This document shows, one piece after another, positions 8,135 through 17,709 of a DNA stretch of 64,000 bases. The position numbers and the translations under genes are program-made. The notes under the pieces were generated by a model. The model was given only the letters and a program-made list of their open reading frames with translations, had not been told where the DNA came from and made no database searches. The stretch's first letter is position 1. The number at the start of each line of letters is the position of its first letter. Source of the stretch: Candidatus Nanoarchaeia archaeon (GTDB taxonomy: Archaea; Nanobdellota; Nanobdellia; Woesearchaeales; GW2011-AR9); assembly GCA_035289845.1 (NCBI GenBank), contig DATDWB010000027.1, positions 621 through 64,620 of the forward strand. Reading direction: 5' to 3'.

Positions 8135-9007
8135 TTATAACCCTACTGCCTGAACGCTCATCCGAATAATATCCTGATAAATTGCCACATTTTGCAGGAC
8201 AAAAGTTTCTACCAAAGCGCCTACTACTAAGAAAACTAATCCAAATAATAACAGATACAAATTAAACCCAAAGACTTCAAAAAATCTTTCCGAAGCAAAT
8301 TCCTCCAGCAATACATCTTTAGAAATTATGGAACCGGAAATTGCCGCCATAAAATAAGAGAGACCTTCTATAATCATATGAGGGAAAACAACCAGCATTA
8401 TTACTGCAAACAGTAAAAAGTGGCTTTCCCCAGAGAATAGAGCAGCATTCTTGGCTGTAAACCCAAAAATAGTCCCCCATACTGAAGCGTTCCAAGTAAT
8501 AAGGAATATAGCTCCATCACCGGATAGCAAAGCTAAAATAAAGCAGGCGATGAGGACAACAAAATTATTGCTTAACAAGTCTAAAAATAATCCTCCTCCG
8601 GCTGTAGCTTGGCCAGAAAATCCTTGCCCTAACCTTATCTCTAATTGTTCCCGGAATAAATTGTTAGTCTCCAAACTAGGCAGCAAAATTGTTCCTATCG
8701 AATATACCAGCAATATTCCCAAAAACAAGAAGACATAAATTTTTACAATATCTAAGTCGTCTCTCCACAAATTTAAGAGAGATACTTTTTTTTCTATACT
8801 CTCCCGCCGCTCTTCAATGGAAAATATTTTGTACAGTTCCGGCAGCAACAGCATGGAAGTAAAAGCTACGGCAACTAAAGCCGGATCGCCGGGAAATAAA
8901 ACATAGGAAATCAGTATTCCAACAATAGTATAAATAACCCCTAGGAGAAAAGCGTATCGACCCTTCTGCTCCAGCCAGTCTTCAGGAAAAATATGTTCTA
9001 ATACCAT
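8135..9007 (-). CDS. polytopic membrane protein (SpoIIM/DUF95-like, tentative)
   Basis: 290 aa with multiple TM helices. No catalytic motif. Confidence 0.4.
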   Translation of the reverse strand: MVLEHIFPEDWLEQKGRYAFLLGVIYTIVGILISYVLFPGDPALVAVAFTSMLLLPELYKIFSIEERRESIEKKVSLLNLWRDDLDIVKIYVFLFLGILLVYSIGTILLPSLETNNLFREQLEIRLGQGFSGQATAGGGLFLDLLSNNFVVLIACFILALLSGDGAIFLITWNASVWGTIFGFTAKNAALFSGESHFLLFAVIMLVVFPHMIIEGLSYFMAAISGSIISKDVLLEEFASERFFEVFGFNLYLLLFGLVFLVVGALVETFVLQNVAIYQDIIRMSVQAVGL

Positions 9008-9165
9008 TGCTGCCTCTTTTAAGCATTCTTAATAGTTTTTGGTTTATATAGTTTGCTGTTGATCTGGTCTGGATTGTTAGCCTGAAATCTACATTTTGAC
9101 ACAATATTTTTAAATAGAAAGCTTCTTTTGAAGTTATATATAGAGTTAAGGGGGGATAAAATAAA

Positions 9166-9711
9166 ATGGTTGCTACTTGGTTAATTATAGTAATAGTAGT
9201 CTCGGTATTGGCAGTTATATATATTTATAACGCACTGATAAAGCTTAGGGTTAGGGTTAAAAATGCCTGGTCCCAAATTGATGTCCAGTTGAAAAGAAGG
9301 TATGATTTGATACCTAACTTGATTGATGCTGTTAAAGGCTACATGAAGCATGAGAAGGGAGTGCTGGAAGAAGTTACCAAAGCTAGGACTTCGCTGATGA
9401 ACGGCCCTGCCGAAAAGAGAGCTAAAGCCTCAAATCAGATTACAGAAGCCCTGAAATCAATTTTTGCGGTAGCGGAAAATTATCCTCAGCTTAAAGCTAA
9501 CGAGAATTTTAAACAATTGCAGGAAGAATTGTCTGGTACCGAGAGCAAGATAGCTTACGCCCGGCAATTTTATAATGATAGTGTAATGAGTTATAATGAG
9601 TCCCTGCAAGTATTCCCTAAAAACTTGATGGCTAAATTATTTAACTTCAAATCAGAACACTTCTTTGCTACCAATGAAAAGGAGAAGAAGAATGTGGAAG
9701 TTAATTTTTAA
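9166..9711 (+). CDS. lemA: LemA family protein
   Basis: N-terminal TM followed by the characteristic LemA core '[39 protein letters not shown]...[27 protein letters not shown]'. Confidence 0.8.
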   Translation: MVATWLIIVIVVSVLAVIYIYNALIKLRVRVKNAWSQIDVQLKRRYDLIPNLIDAVKGYMKHEKGVLEEVTKARTSLMNGPAEKRAKASNQITEALKSIFAVAENYPQLKANENFKQLQEELSGTESKIAYARQFYNDSVMSYNESLQVFPKNLMAKLFNFKSEHFFATNEKEKKNVEVNF

Positions 9712-9723
9712 TTTTTTTAAAGT

Positions 9724-10644
9724 TTGTTTGCAGGTGAATTTATTAAAATGAATTTTTATACTGAAATAGCTGCTAATAAGCGAAAATCCTACCTGTTAAT
9801 AATTTTATTTTTTGGATTGGTAGTGTTCCTAGGCTATGTTATCGGCTATTTTTACGGAAGCCAATATTTTGGGTTAGGATTAGCGATAGTTATCGGCCTG
9901 GTTTACTTCTTAATTAGTTATTACGGCGGGGCTAATATGATCCTAACCATGACTAAAGCAAAAGAAGCAGCCAAGCCAAAATATACTAATCTTATCAACA
10001 CCGTAGAGGGCCTGTCCATAGCGGCCGGAGTCTCCATGCCTAAAGTTTATGTGATTGAAGATTCAGCTTTAAACGCTTTTGCCACCGGTAGAGATCCTAA
10101 ACATGCCGCAGTTACCGTAACTACCGGGTTATTAGATAAATTAAACAAGCTAGAATTAGAAGGAGTTCTGGCTCATGAACTGTCCCACATTAAAAACTAT
10201 GATATCCGAGTCATGATGCTGGCGGCCGTAATGGTTGGGTTGACAGTGTTATTATCCGATTTCATGCTGCGCAGCTTTTTATGGGGAGGTGGAGACCGTA
10301 AGAAGGAAGGCGGGCAGCTAACAGTAATATTCATAATTTTAGGCCTGGGCCTAGCTATACTTTCACCTTTGATTGGAGAATTAATCAAATTAGCTATTTC
10401 CCGAAAAAGAGAGTATTTAGCTGATGCTTCCGGAGCAATGTTAACCCGTTATCCTAAAGGTTTGGCCGATGCCCTGCGCAAAATAAAAGAGGATCCTGAT
10501 CCGTTGGTGGATCATGCTAATAAAGCTACAGCCCATTTATTTATATCCAGTCCTTTCCGCAAAGAGAAAGGTTCAGTAATTAAGAATTTGTTTTCCACCC
10601 ACCCACCCATTGAGGATCGAATAAAAAGATTGGAAGAACTTTGA
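9724..10644 (+). CDS. htpX: HtpX-like M48 zinc metalloprotease
   Basis: TM helices plus HExxH 'LAHELSHIKNYD' and a downstream Glu ('KREYLADASGAML'). Canonical LemA-HtpX neighbourhood. Confidence 0.85.
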   Translation: MFAGEFIKMNFYTEIAANKRKSYLLIILFFGLVVFLGYVIGYFYGSQYFGLGLAIVIGLVYFLISYYGGANMILTMTKAKEAAKPKYTNLINTVEGLSIAAGVSMPKVYVIEDSALNAFATGRDPKHAAVTVTTGLLDKLNKLELEGVLAHELSHIKNYDIRVMMLAAVMVGLTVLLSDFMLRSFLWGGGDRKKEGGQLTVIFIILGLGLAILSPLIGELIKLAISRKREYLADASGAMLTRYPKGLADALRKIKEDPDPLVDHANKATAHLFISSPFRKEKGSVIKNLFSTHPPIEDRIKRLEEL

Positions 10645-10742
10645 TCAAGCAGAGCCCAGAAATATAATTTCAGTGAGAATTTAGAAGATTTTAGGAGATA
10701 GATGTTAACTAGATTGATTAATCCCATCTAAATAGGTTAAAA

Positions 10743-12872
10743 ATGTCTCTGAAGAAAAAGGAAAAAGGCGCCGATTGGTTTACTGTAGAAGTTGATTCAA
10801 AGGGAATCCTAACCCATTATCCTAAAGATGCCCTCCACGGATTAAAATCTATCCGGCTGCAGGTAGATTACGAGCCGGAAGCCTTGTACCTTCAGCTAAC
10901 ACAGGGGAAAAAACTTCTTAGCTCAGCAGTAGTGGATGGATCTTTCTACGAAAACTTTGCCGAACAATTACGTAAGGGGGCAGTATTAGAATTGCAAACT
11001 TCAATCGTTCAGGAGACAGAAAATGATCCGCCCATTCCTCGGCTGAAGATAAATTCTTTAAGAATTAACACCGATAAGCAATGGTATCTAACCCACCGCA
11101 CTGCTTATACCTTAGAAGATTTAACCGAGATTAAAAGAGAAATAAGACGGCGGGATGCTTATTATGATTCCTTAGCAGTTAGAGATAAAAAAAAGCAGAT
11201 TAAAATTCTTCAAAGAACGGAAAATGATCTTGATTTAGAAGATAAAATATCAGGTAAATTGGTTGAAGAACGTGGAGAGGAAGTGGAAGATGAAGATTTT
11301 AAAGAAAATGATTCTTCCACTGCCGAGGATTACATTGGGGCATTTACTTACCCAGAAATTAAACGAATTTCGCGGCAGCTGGGAATTAGACGACCCAGAT
11401 CGCCTGCCTCACCGCCCAGTCAAGGTGGGGGAAAAATGAAAAGCAATTCTGATCCACTCCAAATTGATTCTTACAGCTTAATTGAACAAGACCTGTCAAA
11501 ATCCAAAATACTCTCCAAAGAATCTGAAATTCAACTTTGTAAAAAAATAGAATCAGCCAAAAATTTAATCCAAAAATTAGGTTCAGAATTACCAATAACC
11601 CTAGCGATGTATTTCCCAAGTGAAATGCCTAAGGCCCTATCCAAATCATTAGAGTTATTGCATCAATGGAAAATTAATTATAATAATACTAATAATGGTA
11701 ATGGTATACTGGAGGAATATTTTAATTTTAAACCGTTTGATTGCGACCCTGAAAAAATTACCCAAACCGAAATGGAATTAGAATCCATTATTAAATCCTG
11801 GAAGAAGTTAGGACTGCTGGGATCGCCAATATTAGATGAAGTTTTTAAAAATACAGATCCTGAAAATGTATCTTTTTTCTCAGAAAAATATATTAGACCT
11901 TTAGGTTCGCTAAGAGCATTAGCTAAGATACCTTTTAATTCCCAAGTTAAAAAAGAATTAATCCGCTGGGCGGTGGAAAGAGGATTACAGGACTATTTGC
12001 ATAAGAAATCACCCGAAGAATCTACTTATTACAGAAAACAAGGCAATGGCTTTAGATTAAACAGCAGCTATTTTATATCTAAATATATAGAGGGTGAAGT
12101 AAATTATAATCAGTTAGTGGGAGAATTTGCCAAAGCAAATATGCGGTTAGTTAGATCTTATGTTAACCGGTTTAGTGGTTATTGCTCGGGAGCAATTGCC
12201 CTTACCGATCTTTTCCAGGAAGGCAACCTGGGTCTGCTTAGAGCCATCAAAAAGTTTGACTGGCGGAAAGGTCATAAGTTTTCAACTTATGCTACTTGGT
12301 GGATCTACCAAGGAATTAGCAAGTATGCCAAAGATAACAACAGCTCAATTAGAATTCCCTTGCATCTCCAAGATAAAATTCATAACATCAAAAAATATTA
12401 TTCTAATTTTACTCAACTATATGACCGGGAGCCTACCGCAGAAGAATTAGATCTTGAATTTCCTCCCGGCCAGCAGGGAAAGAAGTCGGGAAGTGATATT
12501 CTAAAAGAAGCCCGTTCAGCAAAAGTTTATTCTCTTAATTCAAACATCAATACCGAAGATGACAGTGAAAAATTCAAGTTAGACAAATATATAGATGGAA
12601 ATGAAGAAAACTTGGTTGGGTTCATGGCAGTTGAAAAACAGTCTGAAACACAAGTTTATGACCAAGAACTGTTAGAAAAAAATAATAGGATTATTAGCGA
12701 GGTTTTGGGTAAACGAGAAGCAGAGATAATCCGTAAACGGTTTGGGTTGTATCCCTACCAAAAGATTTATACTTTAGAAGCTATCGGAAATACTTTTGGT
12801 CTAACCCGAGAACGGATTAGGCAGCTTGAACAAATATCTATGTTAAGGTTGAAGGAAAAAATCATAAAATAA
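10743..12872 (+). CDS. sigma-70 family RNA polymerase sigma factor (RpoD-like: regions 1.2, 2, 3, 4) with long N-terminal extension
   Basis: Region 1.2 'DPLQIDSYSLIEQDLSKSKILSKESEIQLCKKIE'. Region 2 'ANMRLVRSYVNRF...LTDLFQEGNLGLLRAIKKFDWRKGHKFSTYATWWIYQGISKYAKDNNSSIRIPLHLQDKIHNIKK'. Region 4.2 HTH 'VLGKREAEIIRKRFGLYPYQKIYTLEAIGNTFGLTRERIRQLEQISMLRLKEK'. Confidence 0.8.
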   Translation: MSLKKKEKGADWFTVEVDSKGILTHYPKDALHGLKSIRLQVDYEPEALYLQLTQGKKLLSSAVVDGSFYENFAEQLRKGAVLELQTSIVQETENDPPIPRLKINSLRINTDKQWYLTHRTAYTLEDLTEIKREIRRRDAYYDSLAVRDKKKQIKILQRTENDLDLEDKISGKLVEERGEEVEDEDFKENDSSTAEDYIGAFTYPEIKRISRQLGIRRPRSPASPPSQGGGKMKSNSDPLQIDSYSLIEQDLSKSKILSKESEIQLCKKIESAKNLIQKLGSELPITLAMYFPSEMPKALSKSLELLHQWKINYNNTNNGNGILEEYFNFKPFDCDPEKITQTEMELESIIKSWKKLGLLGSPILDEVFKNTDPENVSFFSEKYIRPLGSLRALAKIPFNSQVKKELIRWAVERGLQDYLHKKSPEESTYYRKQGNGFRLNSSYFISKYIEGEVNYNQLVGEFAKANMRLVRSYVNRFSGYCSGAIALTDLFQEGNLGLLRAIKKFDWRKGHKFSTYATWWIYQGISKYAKDNNSSIRIPLHLQDKIHNIKKYYSNFTQLYDREPTAEELDLEFPPGQQGKKSGSDILKEARSAKVYSLNSNINTEDDSEKFKLDKYIDGNEENLVGFMAVEKQSETQVYDQELLEKNNRIISEVLGKREAEIIRKRFGLYPYQKIYTLEAIGNTFGLTRERIRQLEQISMLRLKEKIIK

Positions 12873-13019
12873 GAAACTTAAATTTCCAACAATACCTTTT
12901 TAAAACAGCTTAATTTTCAGTTAATTATACCCGGCGAAGCACTTCCCTTGGGATGATCATGACCTTGGGCGTTATCCGCTGGGTTCATTTAATATTGCAT
13001 TTATCAATACTAATTAAAT

Positions 13020-13439
13020 ATGACTAAAAGATATACTTATTCACTTGCCAGGAATGGAAAAAATGTGTTTCTTTACGCCTTAGAGCCAATAGATTTTAAC
13101 CGGTCAGAAAATGAAGACTTAATCCACACAGCCACACAAAGAATAGTAGACTTAAAAGGCAAAGTCCCCCCTGGCGCTCGTACCGAATCTTACTTTTCAA
13201 ATTTCCAAGAACGAAATCTGCTCGTAGGATCTTATGCTACCAGCGTGGCTTGGGAAATTACCCGCCTGAAAAATAGGTTTGAAAATCAAAAATTTGAAAT
13301 GGTGCAGATAGATCGAGCAGTACTTAAAGAATTGTATGGTCGTTTAGAAAGACAACGAGCACCAATAATTCCTTGCACTCAAACTCCTGAATTCCCAGTA
13401 GAATATAAACTGGTATTGGAAGAGTTGATGAGTAGATAG
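13020..13439 (+). CDS. hypothetical protein (139 aa)
   Basis: ORF with reasonable coding composition. No motif recognised. Convergent with the HerA-like ATPase gene. Confidence 0.35.
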   Translation: MTKRYTYSLARNGKNVFLYALEPIDFNRSENEDLIHTATQRIVDLKGKVPPGARTESYFSNFQERNLLVGSYATSVAWEITRLKNRFENQKFEMVQIDRAVLKELYGRLERQRAPIIPCTQTPEFPVEYKLVLEELMSR

Positions 13440-13449
13440 TTTAAACTTA

Positions 13450-14784
13450 CTAAATCCCAAAACCCTTTTCAAAATTGTCTTTCTTTTCCCCCAACGCAGT
13501 TGGACTTCCTCCCCCGTGCCAAGTCAAACGCGGACGCATTTGCACCGGAAAAATTCGTTCGTTGGTATCATCAAAAATTACAGCTGAACCAGTAGCTGGA
13601 GGCAGATGATCTATTTCGTCTTCCAAACCTCCCCGCATGTAACTTTGAGTCAACTGACCTAAAGCTTCCACATCCATCCGAGCCGTAAGACGATGAGCAA
13701 TGACCGTATCGGATTGAGTCATGACATCGGTATGAATTTTTCCCGGCTGCTGGGAAGCTAAAACTAATGATATGCCCGGCTGACGTCCTTCCCGTAAAAT
13801 AGTTATCAAGGGATCAGTAGCCGCAGTTTTCCCCTCTTTGGGTAAAAGTTCATGGGCTTCATCGATAGCCAGCCAGACTAAAGGTTCTTCCAACTTTTCG
13901 GCTTCAGTTTTAGTAAAATAATGCATGGATTGGTCCACGTTTCTAAACTCTTCATTCTTGCGCGCCAGCATCCGCTGGTTGAACAAGTTCCGGCTGATTA
14001 AACCTACCACCAACGATTTTATTTCCCACCCGGAAGACATAGTAGCATATGGACTTAAATCCAAAACCGTAACCTGACCAGGTGAAGCTAAATCTTTTAA
14101 CGACGTTCCCTGCTCGGAAAAAATTTGCCAGCCTCGAGCTTTTTCAAATTCGTTGATGACAATATTCTTGACCACCAGACTGCTTTCTTTATCGTGCTTG
14201 ATTCGATCAATTAAAACTTCGATAGAATAACTTCGGCCTTCCTGACTAAGCTGCTGGACTACTTTAGTTATCAACACCCCTTCAGCCGTATTTAAATCAA
14301 TTCCAAAGGAATTGCCCCAATCCTTAGGATCAACATCCAGCGGCCGAATAGAGAATGGAAAATCGGTAGGAATGCCCTCGTTTTTATAACGATAATAGAA
14401 ACCAGTAGGGGTATATATTTTTACATCCAAACCTTTAGGCTCGATGTTCCAGGCCTTTAATAACTCTGCATCCTGCAAATTGGGATATTTCATAGTCCAA
14501 TAAATTCCCATCGTGTCCAATAAGATTATGGAAACGTTCTGTTTAATTTCCCGCGGCAAGTCAGCTAAGCCTTCCGCAATCAAGCCCAGAGTATAACTTT
14601 TTCCGGACCCCCTTTTACCAACAATAAAAATAACATGCGAACCGGAAATATCTAAATAAACCGGATTGGATAAGGAAGTTGTCTGCCCCATTTTGACATA
14701 TTGTTTGCCCAGTAAAATAGTCCCCAGCCGGCCTAATTTCTCAATATCCTTCTTAGAACGGCCAATAATTACATCAAACACCAT
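13450..14784 (-). CDS. HerA/FtsK-superfamily ATPase (DUF87-like)
   Basis: HAS-barrel-like N-terminus 'MVFDVIIGRS...LGTILLGKQYVKMG', Walker A 'IVGKRGSGKSYTLG', Walker B 'LVWLAIDEAHELLP'. 444 aa. Confidence 0.65.
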   Translation of the reverse strand: MVFDVIIGRSKKDIEKLGRLGTILLGKQYVKMGQTTSLSNPVYLDISGSHVIFIVGKRGSGKSYTLGLIAEGLADLPREIKQNVSIILLDTMGIYWTMKYPNLQDAELLKAWNIEPKGLDVKIYTPTGFYYRYKNEGIPTDFPFSIRPLDVDPKDWGNSFGIDLNTAEGVLITKVVQQLSQEGRSYSIEVLIDRIKHDKESSLVVKNIVINEFEKARGWQIFSEQGTSLKDLASPGQVTVLDLSPYATMSSGWEIKSLVVGLISRNLFNQRMLARKNEEFRNVDQSMHYFTKTEAEKLEEPLVWLAIDEAHELLPKEGKTAATDPLITILREGRQPGISLVLASQQPGKIHTDVMTQSDTVIAHRLTARMDVEALGQLTQSYMRGGLEDEIDHLPPATGSAVIFDDTNERIFPVQMRPRLTWHGGGSPTALGEKKDNFEKGFGI

Positions 14785-14891
14785 TTAAGGGGTTATTAGT
14801 TGAAAGGATAAAAAGGTTATGCCATTGTTGTATTTACTTTAAGAGGACAATTTACAGAAAACATTATAAAGTAGTTTTCAGCATTAATTGG

Positions 14892-15290
14892 ATGCAAAGA
14901 CTAACGCTGGATTTAAGCCAGGCTGATGGGTATTCGGCTACCTTAGATGAAGTAATGAAAACATTTTTATTAGCTCACGGATTACTTAAAGAAGAATTTC
15001 TGTACACAGCAGTTGACGGTGATAGATCGGATCGGGTGGCAGCAACGGGCACTTATAGAAAAAATGAGGAGATCTTCGCCTTTAGGCTAGATGAATTACA
15101 ATGGTATTCCGATTTTGATACCGATGAATGTATCAATAATTATTTAGAAGGTTACTCAACCCCGGCGATTGTAGTTTATAAAAAGTCTCATTTTGAAGAA
15201 TCAGAGTATGGCCCTTATCTATACCAATTTAAACACCCAGATAAAAAAACTGATGCTTTGGAAGCAATAGTGTTGGTAACAAATTATTAG
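14892..15290 (+). CDS. hypothetical protein (132 aa)
   Basis: ORF only. Acidic, no motif recognised. Confidence 0.35.
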   Translation: MQRLTLDLSQADGYSATLDEVMKTFLLAHGLLKEEFLYTAVDGDRSDRVAATGTYRKNEEIFAFRLDELQWYSDFDTDECINNYLEGYSTPAIVVYKKSHFEESEYGPYLYQFKHPDKKTDALEAIVLVTNY

Positions 15291-15357
15291 TGTTGTTCTT
15301 ATTATTAAGTGACTAATAATCAGAAGATTTATAAAGTGAAGATGATTTTGCAAACAA

Positions 15358-16209
15358 ATGAGTAAAAAAATACCTACGGAAATATTAGAACAAAAGCTGG
15401 ATAAATTTATTGCTGCCAATTTAGAGCAGGCTGTTTTAGATCAAGCCGGAGCTGAAGAAGCGCAGACTGAGCTCAGTGATCGGTATGACGTTAAAGTAGG
15501 AGAAGTTAGACAGAGATTGATAGATTTAGGAGTTAGCGAAAGTATAGTAGATGAAGTGATAATCGGCCACTTGGTAAAAGAAGCTAAACCCGTTTCCGAA
15601 ATGGCAGCGTATGCAGCAGAGATTACCCAAAATTTTCGGGCAGCAGCTGAAAATTTAGAAAATAGGTTCCAGGCCACGCATCGAGCTTTCCAGTTGACAG
15701 GAATTAAAGAATTAAATATCAAAGACCAATCCATCTCCAAAGAATTCGCGCCAAATATTCTTAGGTTTAATGAAATTATGCAATCCCATAATCAAAATCC
15801 AAATGTCCAACTCTATCTGTGGTCTTCTAGCAAAAAAGATGTTACTATATTAAGATATTTTGTTGAAAGGGAACCTATTTTTTCTGTCAAAGTAACTGAA
15901 ATGGTTAAAGAGCCTAGATCTTTTGGGTCATTTTTTAGGAAAAAAACATCCTTGCCTCCGAAAGTGCAGGATTATAAAGTGCATGATTATAGAATTTTTC
16001 CCATTGATGGTTTTATACACAGATATCCAAATTCTACTACATTTTTAAGAGAGGTACTTGAATTTAGGGTGGATCATAATAATTATTCTGCAGCTGGAGC
16101 AGCAGCAGAAGCTGCCCAACGAATTCCTTATCTAGTTGCCGGAGCATTGAAACTAAAAAAATTATATCTTGATTCTTTTGGTCTGCATAAGACCCCGGAT
16201 ACCAACTAG
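15358..16209 (+). CDS. hypothetical protein (283 aa)
   Basis: ORF only. Alanine-rich helical N-terminus. Confidence 0.4.
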   Translation: MSKKIPTEILEQKLDKFIAANLEQAVLDQAGAEEAQTELSDRYDVKVGEVRQRLIDLGVSESIVDEVIIGHLVKEAKPVSEMAAYAAEITQNFRAAAENLENRFQATHRAFQLTGIKELNIKDQSISKEFAPNILRFNEIMQSHNQNPNVQLYLWSSSKKDVTILRYFVEREPIFSVKVTEMVKEPRSFGSFFRKKTSLPPKVQDYKVHDYRIFPIDGFIHRYPNSTTFLREVLEFRVDHNNYSAAGAAAEAAQRIPYLVAGALKLKKLYLDSFGLHKTPDTN

Positions 16210-16216
16210 TAGTTTA

Positions 16217-16345
16217 TTATAGAGAAGTTTGAAAAAAAGTAATTTTGGTAAATATATTGTTTGTTTAAAGTCAAAATTACGACTATTTCAAACTTCTCTT
16301 TAGAACTTTGCTAATAAATCATCTAATTTTGCAAAGTTCTCTATA
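16217..16345. repeat. palindromic intergenic repeat element, copy A (nested hairpins)
   Basis: Perfect 14-bp inverted repeat 'AGAGAAGTTTGAAA ... TTTCAAACTTCTCT' (16221..16299) with an inner 'GTAATTTTGG...CAAAATTAC' pair. A second hairpin 'AGAACTTTGC ... GCAAAGTTCT' (16302..16340). Lies between the convergent genes at 16209 and 16393. Related to copies at 18933, 38650 and 53281. Confidence 0.6.
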
Positions 16346-16392
16346 AATAAATTGTTTAAAATATAATTAAAAAAGTAATTTTAAAAAAAATC

Positions 16393-17709
16393 TTACAACT
16401 GATCATCCGTCATTACTTTAACTTGTCTGGAATCCCGCACAGTGGAATTGGTGGCCAAAAGAAATTTAACTCCAATCTTTTCCGCCAAGTTGACTAAATC
16501 CTGATCGGCAGTGCCATCGATAGCTAAAGCATAAACTCCGCCGTTAAGACTCTTGATGGTCGAAACCAACTCGCTTAAAGGAACTTTGCCTAGGACGTTT
16601 AATTTTTGATCAAAGATACAGGCGCCTCTAGTTCCAAACAAATCTTCCATGGTTTGTTTTAAGATTTTCTTTTCATCGTCAGAAATTACTGAATTTTTGC
16701 CACTGACACCATTTCCATTACTGGGACGAGGATTTTTCAACAACTTAGATGGTTGCTGGTGGGAAGGCTGCAATCGGCCAAATCCATTGGTTGGTTTGGA
16801 GTAATCTTTCTTGAAATTAGGCCGGCTGTTCTGAGTTTGTTCTGAAGGAGGAATCTTCAACGAACCTGTATCGTCTACTCCTAACTCTAATTTGGCCTGC
16901 TCGGAAGTTATTTTGCCGCGTAAAGATTTATGAATTTCTTTTTTGGTTAATTCTTCTACTTCCTTCCCATCAGGAGCCTTACACACAGAATCAATATCAG
17001 CTACACTTAGCAATTCCCGGATAATTAAATCTCCACCCCGATCCCCATCTACAAACACGGTAGCTGATTTCTTTCGAGTCAACTCCTTAAGAGTTCTAGG
17101 GCAGGATGTTCCGTTCATGGCGATAGCGTTCTTAAACCCATGTTTCAAAAGAGTCAATACGTCGGCTCTTCCTTCAACGATGATGATCTCTTCCGACTCA
17201 TTGATAGCTGGACCGGCAGCTAATTTTTCCGGCCCATAATCTACCACTTCCATCATCCGTACGGATTGAGCTACTTCATCAGCTAACTCCTGCGAGTCAG
17301 GCAGAGTACTTTCAGTCAAAGTTTTAAGCAGCTCTTTTGCTCTAGCAATTACAAATTCCCGCTTAGTTATTCTTACGTCTTCTATACCCTGAACTTGAAC
17401 TTTAGCATTACAGGGGCCAATGCGTTGGATAATCTCTAAAGAAGCACCTACAATAGCAGTTTCAGTCTTGTCTAAAGAACTAGGAATGATAATTTCCCCG
17501 GAAGTTTTACCAGACATGGTATTGATGTTAACTTCAATCCGGCCGATTCTTCCACTTCGCTGCAATTCACGCAGTTCTAAATCATTGCCTAGCAATCCTT
17601 CGGTTTGACCAAATATTGCTCCGATGACATCGGGGCGGTCAACGACCCCTTCGATGGTAATTGTTGAATTGATGATATACTTAGCCGCAACTGGGCTTAT
17701 TTTTGCCAT
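16393..17709 (-). CDS. dnaG: archaeal DnaG-like primase (Toprim domain)
   Basis: N-terminus 'PDVIGAIFGQTEGLLGNDLELRELQRSGRIGRIEV...IIPSSLDKTETAIVGASLEIIQRIGP' and Toprim 'IIIVEGRADVLTLLKHGFKNAIAMNGTS...VFVDGDRGGDLI' are typical of archaeal DnaG. Confidence 0.85.
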   Translation of the reverse strand: MAKISPVAAKYIINSTITIEGVVDRPDVIGAIFGQTEGLLGNDLELRELQRSGRIGRIEVNINTMSGKTSGEIIIPSSLDKTETAIVGASLEIIQRIGPCNAKVQVQGIEDVRITKREFVIARAKELLKTLTESTLPDSQELADEVAQSVRMMEVVDYGPEKLAAGPAINESEEIIIVEGRADVLTLLKHGFKNAIAMNGTSCPRTLKELTRKKSATVFVDGDRGGDLIIRELLSVADIDSVCKAPDGKEVEELTKKEIHKSLRGKITSEQAKLELGVDDTGSLKIPPSEQTQNSRPNFKKDYSKPTNGFGRLQPSHQQPSKLLKNPRPSNGNGVSGKNSVISDDEKKILKQTMEDLFGTRGACIFDQKLNVLGKVPLSELVSTIKSLNGGVYALAIDGTADQDLVNLAEKIGVKFLLATNSTVRDSRQVKVMTDDQL

